Positions 23,668-40,769 of a stretch of 64,000 nt of DNA are shown here, in pieces. The notes under the pieces are model-generated. The model worked only from the letters and a program-made list of their open reading frames with translations. It ran no database searches and had not been told where the DNA came from. The translations under genes and the position numbers were made by a program. This DNA is from Marsupella aquatica (Eukaryota > Plantae > Marchantiophyta), in the NCBI GenBank assembly GCA_973895155.1, contig OZ316893.1:24417520-24481519 (forward strand). The letters are read 5' to 3'. How positions within the stretch are numbered: position 1 is the first letter of the stretch; each line of letters opens with the position of its first letter.

Positions 23668-24764
23668 TAAAAGAGAGCCTGCAAAACCTCTTCCAACGTC
23701 GAACCACCCAAATAAATCCTCGGACCAAAACGCCAGTAAGGAGCTTGCCCCCTCCCCGTTGACCAGGACAACCCCTCCGAAGATGCCTGCAGGGACAAGA
23801 GTCCGGCCCAGAATGCGCTCAACAGGTATGGAAATGAAATCAAGCCCTAGTTTACACTGATTCTTATGGACCCGAACGATCCAACCGTAACAGCCTTAGG
23901 GTTCGTAGAGGACGCATCCCTCCCACCAGTCCTGCTGCTGGACTTCTGATCTCCAACCCCAAGGTTACAATTGCGTCCGGGAACCTGAAGCAATATATCT
24001 ATCAGTCCTCGCCCTTGGCCCGTTCTTCAGTAACCCCGATCGAATCTATCCCACCTCAGACGGAACTCCAAAAGCCACTGCAGGACCGGCAGGGCAGCAA
24101 GAGAGTCGCGACTTAGAGCACCAACAGCAACTTTGTGTCCAGAGCTGGCAAACGACCAATTCGGTGGAGCAACAGGCATCCTCTGCTGGTGCTGGAATCC
24201 GCGGCCGCAGTCCGTAGTCAATCCTCCCTCTCTAATGTCGATCCGTCAGCGCCACCACCAAACTCGCAGCCTCAACGTCCTCAGCACATGCAAAGCGGCA
24301 AGCCAACCGAGCCCACCTCCAGTACCTACCCAGCAAGCGAGCGAGCACCAAAGAGGTCAATCGCACCGATTTTCTCACACGGATCACCGTGCACCGCCCG
24401 CACCGACGACGGTAAGGACCCCACCGACCGCACTTCGGGGAAGGTGAGAGAGACACAGAGAGAGAGAGCCAGACAGAGCTCGAAATCACAACCGCCGAGC
24501 GATGGCTGCACACTTCTCTCTCAGACACTGAGCAGTGCAAGACTGCAAGAGGACTGCTTTTTTGAGATCTTTTTCTCAGATCAGGTGCTACAATGAATCT
24601 CGATCTCGAGAGGGATCAAAACCCATTTGGACCAGTGCAAAATCGCTCCGTCTCTCGTGCTCGCTCGCTCGGATTCACAGCTTCTTCGCATCCCCGATGC
24701 TCTGACCTTGAGCTCTCTCCTACCTTCGCTGTAGCTCTCGATTGAGTCCATTTCATATTTACAG

Positions 24765-25845
24765 TCTACCGTGTCTAATTTCCGCCCTGTATAAGTGCAC
24801 CCCCTGTGGGATTTTTGAGCCTTTTCTTGCAGTTTTCGTAAGTGCAATTAATGGTCAGGATGTGTGTCTAATTTGTGCAATTCACCGGTTGTTGCAGTTA
24901 TTGTAAGTGAAATTATGGCCAGTATGCAACAAATGAACTGAGTCAATTTGTTATTACATTCTACCATGTCTAAGTTTCCTTGTGTATAAGTGCAAACCTT
25001 TGGGAGTTCTGAGTGACTTTTCACCTATTCTTGCAGTTATTGTAAGTGCAATTAATAGTCAGGATACAACAAATACACTGAGTCCCTTTGTTATTACAGG
25101 AACCTTGTCTAATTTTTCCTCTGTATAAGTGCAAGCCTATGCAATTTGTGAGTGCATTTTCACCGGTTGTTGCAGTTATTGTAAGTGCAATTATGGCCAG
25201 GATGCAACAAATGCACCGAGTCAATTCGTTATTACATTTGTTATTACAGTCTACCATGTCTAAGTTTCCCAGGCCAGTGTATAAGTGCAAACCTTTGGGA
25301 GTTCTGAGTGTCTTTTCACCTATTCTTACAGTTATTGTAAGTGCAATTGATGGTCAGGATAGAACAAATACACTGAGCCCGTTTGTTATTATATCCTACT
25401 GTGTCTAATTTTTCCTATGTATAAGTGCAAGCCTTTGGGATTTGTGAGTGTATTTTCACCTATTCGTGCAGTTATTGTAAGTGCAATTAATGGTCAGGAT
25501 AGAACAAATGCACTGAGTCGATTTGTTTTTACATCTGTTATTACATTCTACCATGTCTAAGTTTCCCTGTATAAGTGCAAACCTTTGGGAGTTCTGAGTG
25601 TATTCTCAACTATTCTCGCAGTTATTGTAAGTGCAGTTACTGATCAATATACAACAAATACACCAAGTCCATTTGCTATTTTTTTAAAAATTCTTTTTTT
25701 CAAGTCCATTTGCTATTACATCCTAGTGTCTACGTTTCCCTATGTATAAGTCAAATCTTTGGGATTTTTGAGTGTATTTTCATCTAACTTTGCAGTTTTT
25801 TAAAGTACAATTAATGGGGAGTATACAACAAATACAGTGAGCAGT
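24765..25845. repeat. Tandem array, about 7 diverged units of ~140-190 bp
   Basis: Unit GTATAAGTGCAAACCTTTGGGA...TTTTCACCTATTCTTGCAGTTATTGTAAGTGCAATTA.TGG.CAGGAT..AACAAAT.CACTGAGTC...TTGTTATTACA..CTACCATGTCTAA recurs near 24789, 24984, 25123, 25279, 25418, 25569 and 25744. Confidence 0.9.
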
Positions 25846-28800
25846 GTGTAAGTGCACTCCATGGATTAGTGCAGGCCAACAGTGTTATCCCCTAATATTA
25901 CAAGGATATCTTAGTAAATGCAGAAAAAATTTAAGTGCAGGTCTACCCAAGGGTCTACCTTCACTAAGCAACAAAATATCAGCACTAAACAATAAATATA
26001 TAAGTTCACAAGCCCTATGCCCGTGCTTTGCATGGTGCAAGGAGGGCCGGCCCATAGGGAGTCGAGCCGGGGCATTTATGGGGCAGCGGGAAGCACATAT
26101 GTGCCAGGGGTGCACATTTCCACCATCAATGGTTAGGGAAAACAGCCAATCGCATATAAGGCTGTGGATCTTTTCCGCCAAGGAGCTTTTTTGTATTGGA
26201 ACGAAGGACAAAAAAAGATGGGATCCCTTATTATAGTTGTAGATTATTTTCTGTCTATAAGTATACAGTGTGTTTATGAATTACTAAATAAACACAAGAA
26301 GCATTTATTGAGGAGGGCAGCAAACAACTACATAAAGTAGTTTCATGCACTTACTCAGTATTATTCATGTACAATATGAGGGCTCAGGGGATGAGGAGTC
26401 CTATATGTGTGACCTGACAAAACAACTAACGAGGAAGTGCATAAAGTGATTTCCAATGCACTTATTTGATAGTGCAGACCATGCACATATGGACAAGAGC
26501 ATAAATGATGTTCCGACACAGATTTACAGCATAGTACATTCCGCGAAGAAGTGTTGGCTGGTGGTGTCTTCCCGGGAGCCTCACTTAGACACAGTTCACT
26601 GTGTGTAAATGAACCATGGATAAGTGTATACTTGCACTTGCCCACATGTGCACGAGGTAAGAGATGCCTTTACTAATTAGGGCAGGACAATCAATTTTGC
26701 ATAGAGTATTATCTTTCCACTAATCTACTAAATATGCATATGTTTGAGCGTGCCTCTAGGTCAATTTTATCTGTAAGTGCAAGATTGATTGGGCTTGCAC
26801 TAGGTGCCCATCCTTCCAATAAGCCTTCAGTTGACTTACCCAAATTAAAAGGTTGCCCTTCTCACACAACTTAGAGTTCTCATGAATTATAATTTCCAGA
26901 CATGTACTATTCTCGCATGAGAAATGTTTTGTTTTTTCATAATTTTTTTTAAGGGGAATTCTGTGAAATTCCACAGAAAGTGAACAATCAATCACAACAT
27001 TTGAACTCTAGACCTATGAGTCGCAACTCAAGGGAGCTACCACACAACCATGTCTCTCTGCGCACACCTGTGCAAAATTGTTAACCATCAAGCCACATTA
27101 AACACAGCTGCACATAGAATAGCTATGGTTAAGGGCTAGGTTCCATGACTCAATGGCAGGGAGTACAATCTCTCCGTTTGTCACCCCCCGCCCCCAAATA
27201 TGTCATATGCAAAGGTGTACACAATATTTTAAATGTATGAGTTTTGACTTTAGAGCCAATGAGAATGCCCTACCCTGTTACTATACAGGGGTAGGGGGTA
27301 CCCCTTCAGTTTAACCGGGAGAGTGAAGGAAAATCATATTCCCTACTACAAAATTTGTACACCCCTCAGTCCCTGGAAAACTATAATCTTATTGGCTTAA
27401 ACATTCTGACACACATCTGTGCTCCTCACTCCCAGCCCCATGGAACCTGGCCCTTACCCATAACTCTCATTTCCACTATGAATGGACGGATGGGCAAGAG
27501 TGTTGGGGTGGGCTCCACTATTCAAATGTTCAATGCTACCTGGAATGAAGAGAAGCTGGGCAGGGAAGGGGACCCTTTTCATGGGCAGGCCTAGTTAAAG
27601 TGATTCTCACTGTTCATCAAGGAATCTACTATTAACGATTGCCATTGAGTCTTTCTCTTCTTTCGTTATCCAAGTGCTATCCAAGTTTGTGTTTGGACCT
27701 TGTACCAAAGAATATGGAGGTATTTGCTGGATAGGACCCCAAAAGGAAAAGTATTACTTGAGGTTTTGGGTATGTTGAAGGTCCATGAAAGTCAATCAAT
27801 AAATGGTGTAGATCACTTTGGGGTCCTATCAAGTAACACTTTTCATTTTGGCATCCCATTGAGCAAATAGCTCAAGAATATGTCATTGGTGAATACCAAC
27901 ATTCAAGGCAATTTCTTCACAATTGTCACACAAGTGATCTCAACTGTCGTACAAGTGACAAGGTATCTTGCCCAATTTCCGCCATTGATAAGAAACACCT
28001 GTCTGACAAATGTGAATTGATGACCAATGTGAAGTATTCTCACAATTATTCTCTAGATTTGCAAGTCTCTCACTGGACCCATAATAGTTGTTCTTTTTCT
28101 TTCCAGATCGATTGAGTTAAAAATATAAATTAGAAGATTGAGCTAAATTCTTCCAACCAAGCCAGCCATCTGATCAACCATTCAAAACAACATTATTTGT
28201 AAGATTACCCCATAATGATTTCTTTGCAGAGAAACATAGAAAACATAACTTATATAAGTGAATTCCACAAAGAGTGGAACTTACAATTAATAAAGGTATC
28301 ACAAAATGTTACAACTCTGCTAATGCTCTGCATAATAGTTGCCCCATTGTTTTGGGTTAGAATGTGATAGGCACGCTAACAAGGGAAGCTCCAGGACATT
28401 CTTATTGAATATATAATACTCTACTAAAACTATTCCTAATAGCTAGACATGGTTAAGTATTGATTATTTACAATTCTGCTAAAACTATGCCTAATAGCTG
28501 GACACACTTATTGATTATTTACAACTCTGTTAAAACTATGCATAAGTAGTAGCTGCCCCATATTTTTGTGGGTAAGAATGACTGTGTGATAAGGTGTGTT
28601 TTGCCAAGCTAACGAAGGAAGCTCCAGGGCATGCTTATTAATCCCTTAGGGCTTTGGAACCCTGCTAGTGAACAAGTGGTGGGAAAGTTATGCCCCATAT
28701 ATGAATAAATCCTAACAATGCTAATGTACAGGATGTGTGTTTAAACTCCTAACAAAGTGGGAACCCTTATATTACCCTTGGTCAATTTTCCATAAATTGC

Positions 28801-29269
28801 AGTCAGTGTGCAGGTTCTAAATCTCCTACAGAAAGATGATTCACGTACCACAGCTCTGGCTATTAGCAGAAATCAAGATTGAGCTCTTTAGAGCAAGGTT
28901 CCATGATGACCAAGGGGTATTGGTCCCCACTTCCAGGGGGTACCATTTAAAGCAGCTGTCCTGCCCAGTTCAACATTTCAGGCCCAATACAATACAGAGT
29001 GTATTGAAAGGGAGAACACCCCTAGAGTGAATGGGATTTTGATACCCCCCTTCCCCCTGCATTTGTGCACTCCCTCACCCTCATACTTACAGCCACCTCA
29101 GATGTCATTTCCCCCCACATGTTTGGAGCTGCTCTAATCCCCTGTGCTCCCCTCCATGGAGCCCTGCTCTTATGCATATGATCCGTGAGGGTGGCCAGCC
29201 AAACTTGCAGTAGGTGGGGGGGGGGCTTTAGCCCCTCTGCCCAAGCCCCCCTACCATGGAACCTTGCTC

Positions 29270-33944
<4,675 letters not shown>

Positions 33945-36900
33945 TTAACCCTCAATCACCGATGGGTTGCAATTTGTAACGTGCCAGAAAACAACGTATG
34001 TTGCGAGGCCGATATTAAGCAGATTGACCCTGATGTACAAACTTACGATTGTCGTACATGCGCTAGCTGGGCCGGTCTGCTAATTAAGAGTCAAGATTCG
34101 TGTAGGTAACTCCCTTCAATCCCATCTAAGTATTTTGTTCCCCCACAGCACTGCAGTTCCTTAATTACCAACGGTTGTGTCTCAAGCTAATGACTCCGAA
34201 TCTCCAATAGAAACAGCGCTATACTGTTTAGGTATGAAATGATTTATTCACATAAATCCAAACAAGAGCATTCATATCTCCAGAGATCTTCAGCAATCGA
34301 TCAGTCCGCACTGACAGTTAAGGAACTCTAAAGTCACTGAACTCTTAAAGAACCGGTCTAGATATTAAGAGCAGCTCTTGAAAATCGATAATATTGCCTT
34401 CCAGATTGCCTTTCGATCAGCGAATTTGGAAGTCCGTGTCCCAGACTATGTTCGAACTCACAGGAATTCGAATACCATTTATACGCAGAACGCCTGAGAA
34501 CGCCTGAGTTCACAATTGCCTTGAGGACTGGGAAGCGGGCCCGGAAGGTCTTTCACAATCCGGATATTAGTGGGTTCCAAAAGCTCTTGCAGTATGTGGA
34601 TTACACGCCAACTCGACTCTGACGAGTGGTCATTAATTCGCCATGTCTGGGTTCACGAAGCGACATTAGTTCACAATTTCTTGCAGATATTTGTGACAGC
34701 AACCGTGCTCCGAGACATCCTGAACATTATTAACTCGAATTCTTGATTGGTAAAGATTTGTAGACTCTTCATGCAAAGAGATCGAGCAAACCGCGGTCAG
34801 CCGCAGATCTCGAGACAAGCGAACAAAATAGCTCACCTTTTCAGCTATCTGGCTCTTTTGATCTCGTTAACTCTTGAATTGGCCTGAAAAAAGGAGGCAC
34901 TTCACACGGAATCAACCCCCAGAAATCCCCCAACTACGGTTGACTGTTTGTCTAATCTTTTTGAGTCCGTCGATTGAGGACTGGTGTTGCTGTCTGGAGT
35001 CCGTCCTCGACACCACATTCCAGAGATCAATGAACACGTACCTACGTGGTTGGCTTAGATTCAAGAGGATTCTCTTTGCATGACCTTTTAGGTTTGATGT
35101 GTTGTGTTTGTAGACTGTTGAAACCACGTCCATCTATCTCAATCAAATCGAAGACAGATGAACAGCAAGCGAGTTCTAGATAAAGTCCTTGTTTTTTTGG
35201 GTCTCGAAAGATTGTTTTTATTAAACACTCAAAAAGTCAGTCACATGATCTTTCTACAGCTTGATGGGGACGGTGCTCAGACATTGAAGGCATTGACCAG
35301 AAGCATTAAAAGTCTGGCAGTTAGATCGAGGTCCAACTTTGCGGCTCCGTGAGACTGTATAGGAGGCTAACTGACTTGCCTCTATCCCTGGTAAAGCTAC
35401 GTACGTGTGCATAGCTATCCGTTGTCAACATCTGCACATAATTATATCGTAGAGCTAGCTGATCCGGGTCCGGAGGCAATGCAGGTCATGACTAAGGCAG
35501 GGCTTCTTCACCAGCTAACGTCGTTCGCCTCCACCTTTTCTGAACAGCAGCCACGAAAAGACGAGAGGTAGCTAGCCCGAATTCTTCGGTACGCTTTCAG
35601 TTTGATGCTGCTCTTGCTCACGTGTCTTCGCTTAAAAGTTCGTCGAGGCTTTCGGTGATGCAGCACTTGGCTGCTCTTGCAGCTGCTATAGAAGACTTCC
35701 TTCCGAAGATAAATAGTCATGCAGTTTGGCTGGATCGGACTTCGTCTCTAGTGAGCAACGATGGCTATCCTTCAGAGTTTCAGCAATCTCATGTTACTCA
35801 CACGCAATGGATAGATATATGGCTGCCGTTTCGGTCAAGTTTACTACTGTGGATAAATGATGTACATATATGTATGTTTCCGAGCACGGTAGAGAGTCCC
35901 AATTGCGACATTCTCCTGCAGAGCAAGAGCAAGTTAGTAAGCTTTCAATCAGCGACTGAGATATTCGACATCTGATTAGAAAATGCGACGCGGAATAGAT
36001 CCATATAAACAGGTAAACGTAAGATAGAAGTTGAGTAACCTCCATTTGCAGGATTGCTTCCTGGAAGCCTGCAACAAGAAATCATAGAAATTTGAGATGA
36101 CCGCAGTACGTACGTATACTGTCTTTAAAAATGCGAAACAATACCAAATGTGAGGGTGTGGCGTTATCGTCATGCTACAGTAGGCTGAATCAGTGCCCAT
36201 AATTAATTCTGTTGTTTAGAGAAATTGTCGACAAGTCTTCATTAAGTTTTCACATAGAATGGAATAAGCATCGGAGCAGCTGTCAAATCTGCCCTGGCCA
36301 CGCTAATGTCTGACCAAAGAGTTCGAAAATGAGTTATTGACGGCTAGAATAGTACGTGCAACTGGAATTGCGACATTTGACCCGGTAATTGACAATGCCA
36401 ATTTGACATAATTGCAGATCGTCGGGAAATGCATGCAGAAGGCACTGCGCAGTGGTACAAAGTTCTTGAAGTTAGCCATGGATCTAGAATTCCCTGAGCT
36501 GTTATCTTCTATATTTGGCAGATATTTTATTTGGACCAATCTGTTCATACTCTGCCCTCCAGCATAAAGAGTGGATTATGATAAGTTGCGTAATACCCTC
36601 AGTTTCCATTATCCCCTCTCAAGCCTTCTACCGATCTCAGTATAGTGAATTTGTTAAATTTGCTTTCAAAGTTACTCTAAGTTCGCCGGAAAAGGCGAAA
36701 GAAAAGGTACTGTAGCTATCCAGGGTCACAAAATGTGCTGGACCTGAGGTTTTGTTAGTTACCATCTTCTACAGTTTTTTTATTCCAAGCTAAACTTAAT
36801 TCTACTACTCTTGGTAATAATTGGAAATGTCACCATACAGTGTGGTCTTCCTCCTAACTTTTCTGCTATTTCGTTTGTATCTTCTATCTCTCGCCGACAA

Positions 36901-38969
36901 AAAAGGTATTGAAGATTTATTTTTCCATGCCTCGGAATATTCGTCAAAACATCTTTAATTAGTTTGCCACTCTAACCCCTAATCTGAGCTAGGTCGATTC
37001 TGCACCTCTCATGCCCTCTGTGGAAACCATATCAACCTACACGATCGATGATTTTCCAGAAAGCATTACTTGAATGTGGTTTTCAATATTCTTGTTGAAG
37101 CAGTATCCTTTCTTACGAATACTATTTAACTTCTTAGTGTGCGGGGCTTCATATCTTCTTCAAAAGGATTTTCTGTGATTTTTCTGTCAGAAAAGGACGG
37201 TTTACAGGTACATAGTTCTGAATGATTCACTCAGTAGCTAGGAAGATCCTAGCTAATCCTGACTATTTACTGTAATTAAGTTCGTCGGGAAGTTTGTTTA
37301 ATTTCCTTGTTGAGGTTTGAGTGCTGTTATATTGGTGGGTAACGTGCGTTATAGACTAGCTTACTGTTCAAATTTTGATTTTAGACAATCTCATCATATG
37401 GCCTTGGTTCTCATGAAATACATGAAATGCATCACCATCCTGCAATGCAAGATCTAGCCGTCAACCTGAAACTGTATCTCGAGCTGTATTACTAGATTAA
37501 CTCTCGACCTGACACCAGGAAATCTAGGTAATTAAGCCATGAAACCTCACCTTCCATTTTAGCTACTTCTATACTTGTACATTTAATTTCCGTTGTTTTA
37601 CAAAATTGATATGATTTCTTTCCTTTTCATAAGGTTTAATTGGAAAATATAATTAATCTAGAGGTCAGTTGTTGTCTGGGTTCAGTGCCTAGCAAGGACT
37701 TACTTGATAGATATAACTGACGACCATTACCGCATGCCCAGAATACTCGCAATGTCCGCACATCAGCGAGATTCTGACTAGTGACAGATCATTCACTGAC
37801 AAATAACCTTAATTTAGTGATCGATATCCTATATGACTACTAATGACCGAAGCCAGACCGATCATTGGCCAGCCGCACATCGGGATTCTCAGCAAAGATG
37901 ATCATCCTGGTGAAGAAATGTAGGCTTGAGGGTGAATTAGGTGACATGTTCATTCGTTGGGACGACTTCAGTCACTGGTCATATGCATGTCATTGCCACG
38001 TACTTCCTTCACCATTTAAGGCCCTTGGACAGAACCCTGCTATGTGCTTTTTGCTTCTAGCTACTTCCCCGGCTACTTCGTGTCCTCTTGGAGAGTTTTA
38101 GGTTGGAGAGTTTTCTGCGGCTACTTAGAGAAGCATATTTTACTTCCCGATCGGAGGAGTACATGCAATCATTCGAGTACATGCAATCATTCGGAGGTCA
38201 TTATTGAATGTGAGGACTTCCGATCATGGCTGAGCATTGTAACCTGCAAACATTAATAGCTGTTTAGTGAAACATTCGCTGACGTATATTTCTAAGTATT
38301 AGCGCGCCGGTATTCCATGAACATCGCCACTAACGTCTATAGATTTGTTAGCCCAAGTAGCAATTCTCGTCAATTCGTTTGCATGCGTCCAGATCATAAT
38401 CTTGAAATCAATTGCATTTATACCACCTTGGTCCTTTCAGGGTAGATAGACCGTGCAGACACGGAAATGAATCTATTTGTAGAAATGTTATATATATATA
38501 TATGAAATGTTTGTTTCTTGATTAACCTTGGTTTAGCAACGATGTCATGACTAGTTCTCCCTAAATTTTGTCTGTTTCACTATGCCGGGCTCATCTCTTC
38601 GTCGTAGAACTTATAAAATAATGAATATCGAAGAAAATGGTCGTAGACATGGATCTTAACTAATGCCCAGTATGAGGACTTGAGTATGTTTCAGTCTCAG
38701 ATGACAAGATCGAATTATTTACATACTGATAATTGTCTGAAACAGTGCTTGAAATGTGATTCTGAAAGTGATTTTGAGACAGCACGCTGGCCAGGGAATC
38801 ATAGGTCAATAAAAAGACGTTCGCAGACAAATATATCACCATATTATAATCTTCGATATTCATTGAGATATGGAAAATTAACACCACGGGTACACGGCTA
38901 TGCTCCGCCTTACAAGGCCAAAGCGCTTCTGAGGGACTCTTGATTGACGAGTCTTCACCTTTGGCAGAG

Positions 38970-40769
38970 ATGGAGCCAGACTCGACTACTTCAAGTGTTA
39001 TTTTTCGAAAACGTGATGGGGATGTACCACCCTCTTCAGGCGCTGAGACTCCTGGAAAATGCCATGATTGTCGAACAGGGGTCCAGTTTCAAGACTTCTA
39101 CGTCAATGGTAGGCCGACTGGTGGAAAAATTTCGATCTTTCTCCAATCAGAACTGGCAATGCAGCTCTGTGACCTTCCTGGGCTTGAGGTTACACAGTCA
39201 TATGATACAGGTGTACCTCCACTCCCATCTGAAGTCAACGCTCCGGTTAACGCTTCTATGCCTGACTCAGAATTTTTGGCAATACTAGCAGAAAGCGATC
39301 CATCGTCTCTAGAATTAATGCCATATCTAGAAGCTTATCCTCCTGCAAACGAGGGTTTAGATTCAAATTACAGAAACGAGGAAATGGAAGCATCAAACTA
39401 CGACCTCTGCTCAGGTACTAGTAAGATGTATGATCGTATCATGGTCGAGCCCATGGTTTCAGAGACACAAGGCGCACGACCTCCGATGAAAGTTTCCCGG
39501 GAAGTTTACACGTTGTCAAGTAAACATGCACCTTTGAGCTTTCACCAAGCAAAGTCTACAGTGCTGCGGGACGGTGCCGATGGTGGCCCTGTTCATCGTG
39601 ATCCTGAGGTTCTGGATGCACATGATAGAGGCGTACCAACGGAAAGTGATGGTGGAAACACTCTCACAAAGAAAAACTTACCCTGTATTCCAGATAATCC
39701 AGGTGTTCTTGCTATCAGCTCCAGCAACACTGCTGAAGGGCCATACTACACAGCCTTTCCAGCTTCAACTAATGATGATAGTCTTTTCATTTACTCTTTG
39801 GCTTCAGATACACAAGGTTTACCATCTTCAGTTGAGTCAGAGCTGGAGGTTAATCCAAACCCCATGTGGGAACGAAGCGTCACGCAGCATCCTCCGCCAC
39901 CTAAGATTCTCTACAGTTCCTTGGCTAGCTCGTCAGAAGTTGCCAGTAAGTCGAACTGCACAAGGCTTGAAGTAGAGAGAAATACAGTGTATCGACGTAT
40001 CGGAGAACAGCACCAGGGGTTGTCCAGAAAAAGATTGCTGATTGAAAAGGAGCTAACTCTAAGTGATGTTGGGAGAACCGTCTCAGGCGTAAACATACCA
40101 AGGCGCACTGTTGAAAAATACTTCGGTGCTATTCCAAAGGGCTCGCAAGGACATGCCATCACAATGCATGACGCAGTAACAGCGCAAAAGACATGGATCA
40201 TGAGGCTTACGGTTTGCCTCAAAGTAACTGGTAGATCAGAGAGGACTCCAGTGTACAGTCTGAAGGACAGTTGGGAGTACGTCAAGTATCACGCTTTAGA
40301 AGAAGGCGACTATTTTCAAATTTTTTGGGAGGACCCAGGTAATCGGTGCATCGTGAAGTTCGAGAGACGTGCTTCTCTACACTATCCACCCCCGCACCAG
40401 ACACATCTATTCGGCAAGACCTGGAAATTGGTCATTCGAAAGAGGCTGACTGAAACGGATGCTTTTGTGGGGCTTAGATGCTTTGGAGCAATAAGGGTCG
40501 ACAAGAACAAGGCAGAAAAACACTTTCCCCCAATGGACAATAGGGGAGGTGTGAAGATGATTTTTCTTGATTGGGAGAACAAGGAAACCTGGCCCATCAC
40601 ATTGAATTTTGCTACTTTTGCGAAAGGAAGGGTATACCAACTTTACGGTACAGCTGCATTTTGCAAATTTCATCATCTGCTGAAAGATGACTATGTGGAT
40701 ATCTTCAAAAGTGATGAACCTGATGCAAGCTATGCTCTAAGAGCATGTAAGCTAGATGATCGAGTTTAG
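38970..40769 (+). CDS. Tandem double-B3-domain protein (ABI3/LAV-like B3s), paralog 1, single coding exon
   Basis: Uninterrupted ORF; first ATG at 38970, directly after a CAG acceptor-like site. Acidic, S/P-rich N-terminus. B3a: LLIEKELTLSDVG..IPRRTVEKYF..ITMHD..KTWIMR..VYSLKDSWEYVKYHALEEGDYFQIF (~40030-40370). B3b: VIRKRLTETD..GAIRVDKNKAEKHFP..FLDWENKETW..RVYQLYGTAAFCKFHHLLKDDYVDIF (~40420-40750). Confidence 0.88.
   Translation: MEPDSTTSSVIFRKRDGDVPPSSGAETPGKCHDCRTGVQFQDFYVNGRPTGGKISIFLQSELAMQLCDLPGLEVTQSYDTGVPPLPSEVNAPVNASMPDSEFLAILAESDPSSLELMPYLEAYPPANEGLDSNYRNEEMEASNYDLCSGTSKMYDRIMVEPMVSETQGARPPMKVSREVYTLSSKHAPLSFHQAKSTVLRDGADGGPVHRDPEVLDAHDRGVPTESDGGNTLTKKNLPCIPDNPGVLAISSSNTAEGPYYTAFPASTNDDSLFIYSLASDTQGLPSSVESELEVNPNPMWERSVTQHPPPPKILYSSLASSSEVASKSNCTRLEVERNTVYRRIGEQHQGLSRKRLLIEKELTLSDVGRTVSGVNIPRRTVEKYFGAIPKGSQGHAITMHDAVTAQKTWIMRLTVCLKVTGRSERTPVYSLKDSWEYVKYHALEEGDYFQIFWEDPGNRCIVKFERRASLHYPPPHQTHLFGKTWKLVIRKRLTETDAFVGLRCFGAIRVDKNKAEKHFPPMDNRGGVKMIFLDWENKETWPITLNFATFAKGRVYQLYGTAAFCKFHHLLKDDYVDIFKSDEPDASYALRACKLDDRV

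Noticed and set aside
23312-23860. 182-aa plus-strand ORF
   Set aside because: It is the antisense shadow of the GC3-biased minus-strand ORF, with a non-ATG start and no domain.
24765-25845. Regular array resembling CRISPR
   Set aside because: Whole units are homologous with no unique spacers, the context is eukaryotic, and there are no cas genes.
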